Shown here: piece after piece, positions 47,352 through 60,020 of the stretch
Position numbering within the stretch: position 1 is the stretch's first letter
How the letters are laid out: the number at the start of each line of letters is the position of its first letter
Assembly (NCBI GenBank): GCA_905178155.1
Contig: CAJINV010000001.1
Coordinates: forward strand, 6,357,860 to 6,421,859
Length of the DNA: 64,000 nucleotides
Direction: 5' to 3'
Source of the DNA: Amoebophrya sp. A120
Taxonomy: Eukaryota > Protista > Dinoflagellata
The notes under the pieces: generated by a model
Databases searched by the model: none
What the model was told of the DNA's origin: nothing
The model's input: the letters and a program-made list of their open reading frames with translations, nothing else
Made by a program: the position numbers and the translations under genes

Positions 47352-49541
47352 ATGTCTCACTACTATGGTGGCGGCTACGGCCGCGGCGGCGGGGGAGGGC
47401 GATATGAGGGAAACCAAAGTTCCGAGAACACCGTCACGCTGCCCAGTCTTTCGGACCCCTTTATTCGGCAGGCCATCGCTGCTCCCGTCGCGCCCTCCGT
47501 GAACTTTGCGCCAAACCAGCACATCAAGCTCGGTGTCATGAAATACAAAGTCATCTTTGGTACGTCATGAAAAGACTGTTTATCCTCTTTTTACGGTTAA
47601 GCAGCGCTGTAGCATATCCGAATTTTTCCTCGCACAGAATTCCACTTGTTTTTCTGCACGACATAGACGCATGTATGAAATGCCATTCTACTACATTAAA
47701 AACGACCACTCAGATTTCGTTTCTAGTGCCCACGATATGTGGCGAACCGAGTACAGTGCGAAGGAGCAGGGTCGGGGTTCCGAACAGAACGTGGCCGAGC
47801 GGCACGTCCGGGATTTCCGCAGCGCGATAAAAGGCTGCAGCCGGAAGAAGGTGAAAAGTATCGACTGGAACCCTGATGGGACGCAGCTTCTATACGGGTT
47901 TAACGACGGAACCATACGGATTTACGACGCGGAAAAGCTCGAGCTTGTCGCGACATATGGGGATTCCAGTACACGACTTTGAGTCTTGATATTTCACGTA
48001 GTTCTGGCACTCTTCTTACTTTTTCTTTTTGAGTCCATTCGCGACCTCACCTCGTCGTCGTCTTGTCAACTGCTATCCTTCCCACGTCGCATCACAGGTA
48101 GCCGTAGAGCCGCGAACAACGATTTCTGCTCCGGTTGCTTCGATCCAGTGTTCGGCACCGTTACGTGCGTGAGCGAAACCGGCCGGCTGGTCATCTACGA
48201 CCCCCGCACGCCGCCGTCGAAGTCCGCGAGCAGCTCCGAGCCGATAACCAGTCTGCACGACGCGGATCTGACGAAGACAAACTCCCACATGACCAACTTT
48301 TCGGAGGTCCAGGCCAGTCCTTGTGGCGGCGAATACGCGATCCACACCGCGGGACACCGCATCCACTTTCTCACCCGAGATTTCGACCCGGAAATCCAGA
48401 AGCAAAACAAGTTTGTCCTCCGGCTTCCCTACCAAGCGATGGACTTCAGCCACGCAGTCTCGAAAGTGGACAAAGCGGAGCGGGAAGCGGAAAACGCGGG
48501 CGGTGACGGCAGCTCAGCGAAAATTGACGTCGGGGAAGGCGAGATGGACGGTTCCGCACTAAACTCGTTCACGTTCAGTACAGACGGAGCAAACATCTAC
48601 ACAGCGCACCAAAGCGGAAACATACAGATGCACAAGGTATTTCTCCCTTACAGCTCGACAACGCGTCTAGTTTTTCGCATGAAAAGCGCAATCTGTGTTT
48701 GCGATAGCTTTCAGTTTCAGAAGATGAAAGCGACAATAGGTACGAGTATCAATATTCGAATGGCGAAGGTTTCGGCATTTTTTTCGATTTTTATGCGACT
48801 GCATACTGCAAAGAATAAGAAACCTTGCAGCTTACCTTCTTGCTTTCATATTTTATTCCTACACTCTGGCTACAACAGCTCGCCAACCCGCGCGGTCCCC
48901 GACAGGGCGGGTGGCACTCGCGCACCAAGACCTGGCAAGCGCACCGCGGCCCGGTGTCATGTGTCACGACGGGCGGCGACTTGCTCGCGACGGCCGGTTT
49001 TGACAACGAAGTACGCATCTGGGACGCAACCAACCCGACACAGTGTCTGAACAGCTGCATCCAGGGCGTGCAGCCCGTGTCCAACATGAGTTTCAACTAC
49101 GATTGCAACGTCCTCGCCCTCGGTTTCGGTCCCCCGACCGGCCAGGAGCGCATCCGGCAGCACCACCTGAAGTTAATCGGCGCCGCGAACGCGGGCTCGT
49201 CGGCCCAGCGCCAGGCCGAGATGCTCTACGAGAAGAACATCGTGTTTCTGCACCCGCGGACCGGCGAGCCGTACTTCCACGGCGACGCCGCGAACAGCGA
49301 CAACCCCCTGTCCCTCCCCGGGGCGACGACCTGTATGAAATGGAACCCCGTGAAGAATGTGCTGGCCTTTTCGATGCTCGAAAGCCAGTTCTCCGACTCC
49401 CTCCCGGATGAGTCCACGGGATCACGGGGAAACTCCGCCTACAACAGTCGACTAACGCCCGTCACACTGAAAAACTCTATGTGCCAGGTGTTGCGCTTAC
49501 CAGAAGTAAAAACACAAGATCCAGAAGACGACGTCTTTTGA
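47352..49541 (+). CDS. THOC3: WD40 protein, THO/TREX complex subunit 3 (Tex1)-like; exons 47352-47559, ~47663/47669-47968, 48098-48636, 48879-49541
   Basis: KVKSIDWNPDGTQL..G..DGTIRIY, AHRGPVSC...LATAGFDNEVRIWD...C.....QPVSNMSFNYD..VLA and KWNPVKNVLAFS parallel THOC3. GT-AG introns 47969-48097 and 48637-48878 are in frame; the first junction is unresolved. Confidence 0.75.
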
Positions 49542-50690
49542 GATTTTTTTGGAACGACAATGAACTGCTGCTAAAAATACGCACCTCCTCCTGTGTCATT
49601 CACTTCTCAGCGAGCAAACAGTGTCGACAATGGCCACGAAGTCGAAAGTACAAGTAGTGCCACGAAGAACTTAAAACTTCCTCTGCCTTTCGGCATCAGC
49701 ATGACCTGGATAAAAGCCCTCTTCGTACTATTAGCCGGCAAGAAAGCCGCTCGATCGTGTTCGTGTTGAGGCCGCATATCCTCCTATTTCATTCGTACTT
49801 CTCTCGTCGTGGTGGCGGTGCGCATCGCCGTGCATGTTCAGTCTAAATGTTTGTTTACTTAATAGTGAGTCTTGGTCAATCACGTCAAGAACTACGTTCC
49901 CGCTCTTCGTCTATTTCGTCATTCTTTTTTATCGTACTATGCTTGCAGAAAGACCTAGTTTTTGATCTTCCTTGTCATCGACATCGTCCGCCTCTCGTTC
50001 TTTCAAGATCGTACAAATCTCCACGGCCTTCATTTGTCGTCCATCGCCAGCTCTTTCTCTTTCACACGCTTACGCCCAGAGCCGAGCATTTGCGCAATCA
50101 TGACGTGAAGAACGTACTACACATAGAAATCGTACGATGAAAGAACAAGTTGAAGTTAGTTGTACATAGATATAGCGGGTGCTGCTGCTGCAGTCTTTAA
50201 GCGTGCTTTTCCTTATGGTTATGCTGACAATAGAAATGGAAACACTACTTACTTCTTCACAGGACCCTCATCAAGAAAATAAGTACCATATCCTGATTAC
50301 TTTAACTTTACCCTATCCCTATATTTTCGCTTGACATTTATCAGCCCTAATAGCGTCCCCTGCCATTTCAACTACCCAGTCTGCTTTTAGTTTTACTGCT
50401 CTTCAACATGATGCTCTGTAACCCCTCCACAATGCTTTCTGCGCAATTCATCTTGAGTTGTTGTGCTTGTGATTTCTCATTCTAGTGACTCTATATTCTT
50501 TCCTATTGTGTTGAGCAAGATGGTTTGACCCAGGCTCTCTTCTTCCTTGACCTTGTTCTTTGTCAAGACCAAGGCATTTGCGCCTGCGTAGCAATACCCT
50601 GCTCTGACCGCGACTCGGAGAAGTTGCCAGAATAGCCCAGGCTTGAAGAACCTATACACGACCACCGCGAACAAATACAAACCAGCAACG

Positions 50691-53600
50691 ATGGCGGTGG
50701 TGAACTCCGTCTCCGCGGCGGACTACGCCAAGCAGCAGCAGCAGACCGAGCAGCAGCTCATCAAGAAGCTCGCTGCGAAGCAGGGCGATTTCAACTCCGT
50801 GTCTCTGAATCCCGCCGACACGATGTACCTTTTTACCAACGAAAACGATTGGCCCTTCGGGATCCCCCACGTCACCTGCTTCCGCGACGCGAAGGTCGAC
50901 GTGGGCGCGTACTTTGGTTTAAAGGCTGCGTGCGCGAGGACCGCCGAACACATCATTACCGGCTATTCAGCAGCGTCCAAGCTGGAGAATTTGTCGGCCA
51001 GTGCGCTCGTGAAGGCCGGGGACATTGTCGAGGACGACGTCAAGGCACCCACGGTGTTGGGAAGAGGTACTGATAGCGAAATCAATCATTTTGAAGTCGC
51101 TTGCATCTGCTTCTCCTTCTGCATTTTTGCTATGGTCGTTTCTTTTTATTTCTGACTCTCAAAGAACTCGTCAAATAATATCATGCTCGTTCGTCGACAT
51201 AATTCTTCAATGCGTCTGCTCAAACGTACGAACTCGGCGAATTCAAAAATCAACCACATCCACAACCACAGGAAAATCCCACGGCGCCGGTATGAAGAGG
51301 ATGGGCACGACGCCCGACCTGCTCCAATCTCACGACAAGCTTGCAATGGACTTGGCCGGCGATAAGAAGAGCACTGCTTTCGCGATGCCCAACACGACCC
51401 CGGCGGCCAAGGCAATCGCGCGGAAAGAGAACGAGGAAAAGCGGCTTCGAGAGCGGGAGAGAACGCTGATTGGCACGCTCGAGAGCACGAAAGGCGAGAA
51501 CGTTGAGAAGAAACAAGCCTCGGCGTCTGCCGTCGTGGGGCTTCTAGGCGAGAAGAAATCCCCTTTGGCTAGGAAACCCCAGAAGGAGCAGACGCTGGCA
51601 CAGAGACAGAAAACCGCGTTGCTAAAACTGAACATGCGGGGTATGGCCATGCGCGGCCAGGAGATGGGCGAGGTGGCGATGCACGCGAAGCAGTTTGCCC
51701 GTGAAGTGATGCAGTTCGCTCTGAAGGCCGAGACGCAGCGGAACCAGGCCAAGGAAGGCACCGCGGACTTTTTTAGTATGGAAAACAAGGATACGCTGAA
51801 CCTGTCAGTTGATGGGTCCACCGGAGTGAAGGAAGCAGCTGAGGAACGCAACCCGCTGGCAGCGTCGTCCCGTGCCCCGCTGGAAAAGGCCTTTTGGGAA
51901 GGGTACCGACTCTCGAATGCGCACGCGGATTTCTGTCTCCTCGAGGAGTCCAACACAAAAGCGAGCACCTACGGCGAGATCCAGTCGGAGCGAATCCTCG
52001 AGGACACGAACATTCGTGGCATGGAATTCTCGCGGAAAGACCCGCGCGCTGCGCGCATCGACACCATCACCTTCGCCGCGCAGAAGGACATGGCCCGACG
52101 CGAGGGGATTTCCGAGGCGGTGGCGGCCATGGCCGACAAAATGGCGTCCGGGGGCGGCTTGTTGACGAAAGAAACGGTCTCCGGGGACGGAACCAATGTC
52201 ACCGTGCAGAGAACCAAAAAGAGGTGGCGCGAGGAGGACCAGGTTGCTTCGAAGCGCATGCACCGGAGTGCGACTCTAGGCACCGAGGGTTTGTTTGGAG
52301 ACTTGAAGATGGCCGGTAGCGACTTCCCGCGCGGGTTCGCCACCAGTTCGAGCCACTGCCCGAAGAAAAAGGGCAATCTGGACCTAAAGAGCGTCAAGAA
52401 GGATATCCACGAATATGGTTTAGCCGAGCAGTTCGCGACAAACCAGGCGTCTCAAGAGAAGGTGCAAGTGTACCGTGGTGGGGAACGCAAATCACTGTTC
52501 AAGAGCCGGGTCAAAGCAGAGCAGTTTATCGTACCGTTAGTGAGCAAGGACAAAACGCTGCGAAAATTCCTGACCGATACCTCTTTGACCGAGGGCGTGG
52601 CGTCCAAAGTTGCCGCGCAGGTTCGCTACAAAGAGATGCTGCGGGAGCATGATGTGGAGAAGGAGCTCGATACGCTGTTGGAAGTAGGCTCCGAAGCCAT
52701 CGCGGAGGACCCGGCGGCCGCCGAACAGAGGCTAGATTTGGAGAAGCGACAAGTGGAGCTGTGTCCGGTCCCCGCCGAGCGAACAAGGCCGGTGGACCAC
52801 GAGTCGTTCGAAAAGTCTATGGCGGAGAAAGCAGAGGCGAACGAGGCCGCCGAGTTGGAGGCGAAAGCCGCGGCCGACAAGAAGGCTGCGGAAGAGGCAC
52901 AGAGTACCATGTCAGACGCGATGCGGAAGAAAATGGAGGCCAAATTTGCCGCGGCAATGGCGGAACAGCAAACCCAGGAGTTTCTCGAGGAAAACGAGGC
53001 GGAGCGGGAGGCCCGGCTCGCCAAGCAGAAAAAGTTTCTGGCCGACGAGGAGATGCGGCTCAGCCACCGCCGGTTCTTCCCGCACTACGAGGAACTGAAG
53101 AAGGCGGACCGGGTGAAGTTTCACATCTCGCAGAGGAGTCTGGCAGAGCGGATGGCCGTCGGCGACCCAAAGAAGACGAGGCAGATTCAGTTCTCCTACG
53201 GCCGCAACATGCCCTGCTTAGCTCCGAGCAACGAGGAAGTCGCGATCAGCTATTTGAACCGCAAAGTGCGCCAGCAAAAGAACATCGAGCGCAAGCAGGG
53301 CGACCCTTTTGCGGGCGAAGTGCACCTCGAGAACGGGGAGGAAGCGGAAATGCTGCGCGGCTTTGGCGACGGGTTTCTGGGCGGGAATTTCGACCCGACG
53401 CCGGACAATTTGGGTGAGGTTTATCCAAACCCGAAAGATGCGGATAAAATGAGCGCCCGGCAGAAAATGATGTACAATCACGATAAATTTTCGGGGAAGA
53501 AATTTGGCTTCGACCCGCTCCCGCATGATCCGAAAAAGGGTTCGAAACTTCCGCCAAATCAGGTCGTGAAAATGGGCAGGACGAATTCCCGTAGTTTAGC

Positions 53601-56600
53601 GCCGAAGCAGATAGAAAGTGACAAGTCAGGCGAAGAGACGCCCCTCCCGCCGATCATTCGCCTGGCCCGCAGCGGGCTCGCGCAGCCCGGGGAGACGACG
53701 GACTACGAACTTGGACAGCGCATTTCGAACGAGACCAAAGACCACTGGCAGACGCACGAGCGGCAGACAGATTTGGATAAACAGCAGGAGCAGATCAAGC
53801 GCGACAACCTGGTCGCAAAGTGCAACAAGATTTTGGCTGCTATCGCGCCGGAGCTCGTCCGGTCGGAAGCCGGCGAGAAGATTGCGAAACTGAAAAACAA
53901 CCCGCAGAACCGGATCGCACAGCTCGACAAGTTCGTCGCCGCCGCGGCCGCCGGCTATCTCGACATGCACACGATCCGCACCATGCCGGGCGACTACTGG
54001 CGCACGCACAACCACCACCCAGACATGATCGGCTTCATGCATCAGCGAAAAGAGATCACCTTAGAGGACGTCACGCAGCACCTGTCCGAGTACATCAAGA
54101 CCCGGGCGGCGATCGAGCATAGGGAAGCGGTGCTTCTCTACGGGAGAAAGAACGTGGTCGTCAACACGCAGAAGAAAATCATGGACCTGCTCCTCGGTTT
54201 AGGCAGCGGCGCCGCCTCCGTGCAGGAACGCAACCGCCGTTCACAGGAGGACACGAGCGAAACTCTGGTCGAGCAAATGAAAATCGACGCGGAAGTCTAC
54301 AATCGCACGCGGTCGATACAGGGCATCGGGGACTACCGCACGGACCGGGCCGCCCGGCTGCGGCGACACTTCAACAGCACACTCGGAGCGCCCCGGAAAA
54401 GTGACGTGGAGCGGGACTTCATGGAGCAACCGACCAAAAGTCGAGTCGCCGTTTTGGCCAGTTTGTCCGAGCAAGCGATCAAGCGCCCACTGTTCCTGCC
54501 GCCGGCGAAAACCTTCCGGACGGTTGGAAATCGGGTGGACGAGAACACCAAGGCAAAGCTGAATCCGAAGGGAACGCAGTTGTACGCCGAGGTGTGCCAA
54601 TTGTCCGAGCTGGTGCCCCGGTTGCGGGAGGTCCACCACCCGGACGAGGGGAAGTTTGACATCTCCGGCACGTACACGACGGACAACGAGTTGCTCGCGA
54701 TGAGCTTCATGCTCACGAAACGGGCTTTGCTTGAGGTGAACTTCTCGGAGAACACAGAACTCAGTGACGAGGCAGTCGTTACCTTTCTCCGGCGCGTCAT
54801 CCAGGAAGGCCCGACGCTCTTCACCCTGAAGAGTTTCAAGATCGCCGGGTGCACGTCGGTCGGGGACTACGGGCTGCAGGTGTTCATCGATCTGATCCCC
54901 AGTTTGAAATCCTTGCGCGAACTGGATTTCAGCGGCATTCGCGCCATGGCCCCGGGGACGCTGCTCCGCCTTGCGGACGAAGCGGGCGCGCGGCCGTTGC
55001 ACAAGGTCGTGATGTCAGATATCGAGATGCCGGGGACTTTGGCGACGCGGGTTCTCGAGTCCGTTCTCGCCAACGACTACTTGAAGGAGCTCGACGTGGG
55101 CTGGAATGCATTTGGGGAAAATGTGTTTGTCGATCTGCGGACCATGATCGCGCAGCACAAGACCTTAGAGGTGCTCCGGATGCCGAACTGCGCGGAGGTC
55201 ACGCCCGAGCCCGAGCACAACCCCATCCACATCTTCCTCGAGGGTTTCGGGGACTACAAGCTGAAATACATCGACTTGTCGATCAACCGCTGCACCATGA
55301 AATCCTGCTGCATCTTGGAAGCGGCCTTGTACCAAAATCGATGGTGTCTCGAGATCGACATGAACAACAACCCTATTGGCGCCGAGGGCTGCCGCTCCTT
55401 ATTCCGCGCGTTCTCCTGCCACCCGACCATGCAGTTTCTCGGCGTGAGTCTGATGCACGCGGCCGTTATGTACGAGGCCGCGGCGCCGCCGCATGTTTTG
55501 CAGCTGCTCGCGGAGGCCGCCGAGGGAAACAAAAAGCAGGAGCCGACCCGGCCGACCCAGAAGGTGGACGAGAAGAATCCCTGGGATTTACCAGAAAGGG
55601 TCGCGATCGACCCCAGCACCTCGGCTGGAACGGTTGGTGTGAATTACAGCTTGTATTCCTTTCTCCAGTGTAACCCCCAAAGATCCTACCTGCTCAACAT
55701 GGACGACCCAGGGCACCGCGCGATTCTGCGGTTATTGTTCCGGATTAAAGACCGCGTGCCCGGGTGCGCCTTTATAGGTCTCGACGACTACTTCATGAAC
55801 AATGTGGCGCAACAGGCGAACGGCGGCTGGAACATCGTGCCGCCCGAGCCGGGCTCCGCGGAGGCGAAGCGATTTCAGCCCTGGCAGAGCTTCCGCTTCG
55901 AGCTTGACTCGGCCGCAGACATGAGCAGCGCCAGCAACACGAACTTGGTTACCACTTCGCCGGCGGGCAGTCCGAAAGCAGGAGCTACGAAAGACAAGGG
56001 CCTCGTTCCCGCGGGGCAAACGGGCGGCGAGAAAGAGGTGGACGCGGCGGTCAAAATGCTCGCGCAGTTCGGAACGGCGACCAAGAGTGTTTTCACCCGG
56101 CAACGGGAAGTTTTTCTTGGAAATATTTGGCTGGATTTGCAAACTTCCGCCGCGGATCAAAAAATCTTCCTCGACGCTCTCTCCTTCGATTTCGAAATTA
56201 GCAACGAGCTGATCGCCTTCCTGATCGCCCGGACGCCGCACATGCGCCACCAAATCCTCTGCAGCCTGTTCGGCGCGCTGCGGGGTGGAAAAGCGGCGCA
56301 GCGGGTGTTGTTCCTCTTCCAGGCCCCCACGGACACGGACATGAGCCGCATCTACCTGCACGCGATGCAGCTTTTGAATTTTGTGCCGGAGAACCCGATG
56401 GGGCACTACAAACTTTCGCTCGATTCCGTCGCGGATTGGGGCGTCGCTGATATGATGATGAAGATCGATGCGTGGGAATTCAATCTGGTCATGACCAACG
56501 CCAGAGGGTGCAAAGCGGGGCCGCCGAAATATGTGGTTTCTCAGCACGGGAACAAATCGAACTTTCGCAACGAGCAACTGAACGGCCATTACTTCGAGAT

Positions 56601-58494
56601 GCACCCGAACTTCCAGCTGCCCATGGCCAATAGCCTAACGTTCGACTACAGCAGCCCACGGCGGCCGCCGGTCGGCGCAGTTCCCATCGCAGACCCGCAG
56701 GTGGAACTTTTGATGCGGGCCATGACGGTCAGTAACTGCTGCTTGCGCGACTGCCGGGATATTCTCCTGCAGATCTCCCCCAAAGTGTACCTGACGTGCC
56801 GGCAGCTGCGCAGGCTGCTAAACGTGTTCCAGGGGAGCCAGCCGCTCCTGCTCGACGTCATTGTCATCCTCATGAACCGAACTGTCGACTGGTATCTCAA
56901 CGAGAAAATCGTCCGCGCCGCCGTGTGGAGCAGCGTGTGGAAAACGGAGTTGCACAGGAGGGTCGGGAGCTACTACCTGATGCCCTGGGTGCAGCCGGAA
57001 AATTGGACGTTTGAGTTGGATTTCCGGTACTACGAAGACAGGCTCGTGCTGCAGGGCATATTGGCTTTCGAAGCGGCGGAGGACGGCGAGAACATTTTGG
57101 ACGTTGAGTGGGACAAAGACCACGACGGCACGCCCGATTTGCTCGTGTCCGGTATCCCCCGCTCTTGGGAGACGGAGGTGCCAAAAGCGGGGTTGCTCCG
57201 ACTCACCTACGCGTGCGCGCCGGAATTTGTGCAATTGAAATTTCGCCTGAAGATGGCTTCGCAGTACGGATTTTGGAACATTGCCGACGACATTTCGCTG
57301 GACCAAAAGCGCATCGAGTGGTGGATGAGCATCGAGGAAACCCCGGAGTACATTCTGGACATAGCGTTAGTCCTAATGCACAAGTTTCCAAACTTGAAAG
57401 CGGCGTTCAAGTACCTCGACCGGTACAAGCGACGACAGATCAACTTACAGGACATAAAGGCCCAGTTCTCCCGCATGCGGGTGAACAAAAGAACGCAGGC
57501 GAGGCTCCAAGACGTCTTCCGCTTCCTCGATCGCGGCGGCGAGGGGCAGGTCAGTTACGACGAGTTTAAGGTTTTTTCCTATCTCTGGAGCGAGATGTTC
57601 GTCGGGCTGGAGGAGTTCATATACCATTTAAGGTTCAAGATGGCGGTGGAAAAGCGCGCCTTGGAAACCACGACGTACCGCGACCCACGAAGGCGGCGAA
57701 AAGAGGACGTCACGAAAATGAAAGGCGTGAAGATGGTCACGGACGCGGAAAAACAGCCCGGCGCGGCCGAGGACTCGCCGGAGGACGACGGAAGCGGTCA
57801 GGGGAAGAAGATGGAGAAGAAAAAATCTAAGAGCAAAAAAGCCGAAAAGAAAGAAGACACCGAGGCGGATAAGAAGCGCAAGATGCAGGAGGAGCGCAAG
57901 CGGCTGATGGAGCGCGTGCAGCCCGGGCCGGTGCTGGGTTTCCTCGACCAGGATTTCGAGCCCCTGTCGCTCGCCGAAGCCTGGGATATCATGGACACGG
58001 ACGGCGGAGGATCTTTATCCCAGAAGGAGTTTATCAGCGTCATCGGGAAGTACCAATACAGACGGCAAAACGTGGGGATCATCTACAACTTCCTCGACGC
58101 CGACGGGGACGAGATTGAGCGGCACGAGTGGATGTCGGGCTTGGAGAAGATGATGAAGAAGATGCGGGACAACGAGTCGCCCGCGAGTTCCATGGGCTTC
58201 ACCGCCTTACACCGCGACTTCCGCGACACGCAGGATTTAACGAATTTATTGGAGGAAGACGTGGACGACGAGGCCTTCAACATCGACGGGGATCTGCTCG
58301 ACGGCGAGGAAGAGGAGGAGGAGGAAGACTTCCTGGACGATGAGGAGGGAGGTGGTGGGCCCCGGAGAAGCTACCGAACTGCCTCGTCGCTGGAGGAAAA
58401 CACGGTGTTTGACCCCAACGCTTTGAAAGATATCGACTACGGCATGGAAGACGAAATCGATGAGGACATCGACGAAGACGCGCTGATCGCCTAG
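50691..58494 (+). CDS. Giant RNI-type LRR plus multiple EF-hand protein with acidic tail; exons 50691-51066, 51272-58494
   Basis: Phase-1 GT-AG intron 51067-51271. LRRs LKELDVGWNAFG, LKYIDLSINR and EIDMNNNPIGAEG. EF-hands FLDRGGEGQVSYDEF and IMDTDGGGSLSQKEF plus two degenerate ones. Confidence 0.85.
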
Positions 58495-58820
58495 GAGACA
58501 AGTTCTTGTAGTTGCGCTCCTCGTCTGCGATGCTGATCTTTTATTGCCTAGTGTTGTTCTTCGATTCACTTTCGCTCCTGTTTTTAGTACCCCTAGTTGT
58601 AGTTCTGCTGCCCGTAACATTTTGCAGTACAACCCCCCAAAACCTTTCAGCCTCAGCAAATCAACACAGTACTTCTTACTGACTCTCTGTGCCCCAGATT
58701 GGAAGTAGTCCCCGCCCCGGCCATCAACCCCGAGTAAAGGCACGCCATCCGTGATGGTGTTGCTTTAGCATGTATGATTCTGCTTTTCACTTGACTTCTG
58801 TCATTCACTCTTTACGTTTA

Positions 58821-58853
58821 CATAATAACAAAACATAACATAACATAAACATA
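58821..58853 (+). repeat. Imperfect (ACATA)n microsatellite
   Basis: cataataacaaaacataacataacataaaacat read directly. Confidence 0.6.
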
Positions 58854-60020
58854 TGCACCTCATATACAACTCGTTTTTTTTCACATTAACATAACTTCAG
58901 CTTCTCGTATTCTACTTTTTGTTTCTAATCATAACATTTTTGGCGATGATGAATTGCGCGTCGATTCTCATCTATCTTCTTATTTTGGCAAAACATTCCA
59001 GTCTCACGACACATGCAAGATTTTGTGATATGCGCAGAACAAGGACCACGCTGTACGTAGACCCGGCCTCGTTCTTTTCACTCATCTTGATCTTCTTATT
59101 TTGGAAAACCAACGACCCGAATGCAAACTATGCTCCTCGAAATTGAGCTGCGTCAAAATCCGCCCCACATCTTCTTTTCGAAGTAATCTGTAGTATCTCG
59201 AGCAGCGTCCGAAAGGCATAGGCACAGTGCCGCTTGATGCAGTGTCAAGCGAGACGAAAAGCTAAGGTGTTCCTTCGCCATCAAGTGAACTCGGTCTTCA
59301 ACAAACTCCGCTCAAACTAGATCAATCATTTTGCGAATTTTGCAAACACTAAACAATAGCATTAGCAAGACGGGATCAACTTCAACATCATATCACCCTC
59401 TTCACCGAGATGAAAACGCAAGGGAAAATCTAATAGCCTAGTTACAACTCACCCGGATGCTATTATCCTTCGTCCATGTAGTCATCGACTCCCGGCGCCG
59501 TACACTTTTCAGCGACCGAAACAACAACTGTCTGATTTATTGACTTGAGACGAGGAGCCTCCTAATTAACCTAAAGTTTAAGTTTCCAATTGATCCTAAC
59601 GCAACCACATTCGAAGTTCAAGCCCTGTTTTTGTTTTGCCTACCGTTTCACAACCGGCGCAAAGAATCTTCAGAAAGAAAGTTACATTTTTTAGCAACGA
59701 CAAGTGCAAATAGGACCTCGATCATCTGAAAGCGTCACCATGTTGAAGCCCACGCCGTATAAAAATAACGAGTGATATTTTTATCATGGGCGAACCAGGA
59801 GGTAGCGTGGGAAAAATTTCGTAGTTTTTTTGCTCAGACTTGGCTTTACGGGCCCACGACGCACGCCTCGGAATCCGTGACGAGCGCGTGCCGCCGTCGT
59901 ACCGCCGGAGGGACGAGGACGCTTTCTGAACCCACTTGCTGTGGAGGTTCGCGGTTTTTGGCATTCCGCAGAGGTGTGGAACAAGTCTGACGCGCCGACG
60001 ACAAAAGTACCTGCAGAACA

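Noticed and set aside
51025-51271. ORF-track N-terminus of the 2489-aa protein, and similar hydrophobic ORF tails such as 2431-2583, 3449-3576 and 3831-4000
   Set aside because: These are read-through into T-rich introns, not real transmembrane segments.
5814-58743. Numerous minus-strand and alternate-frame ORFs overlapping the large genes (e.g. 16634-17410, 28584-29387, 55732-56604)
   Set aside because: Shadow ORFs expected from GC-rich codon usage; no recognisable motifs.
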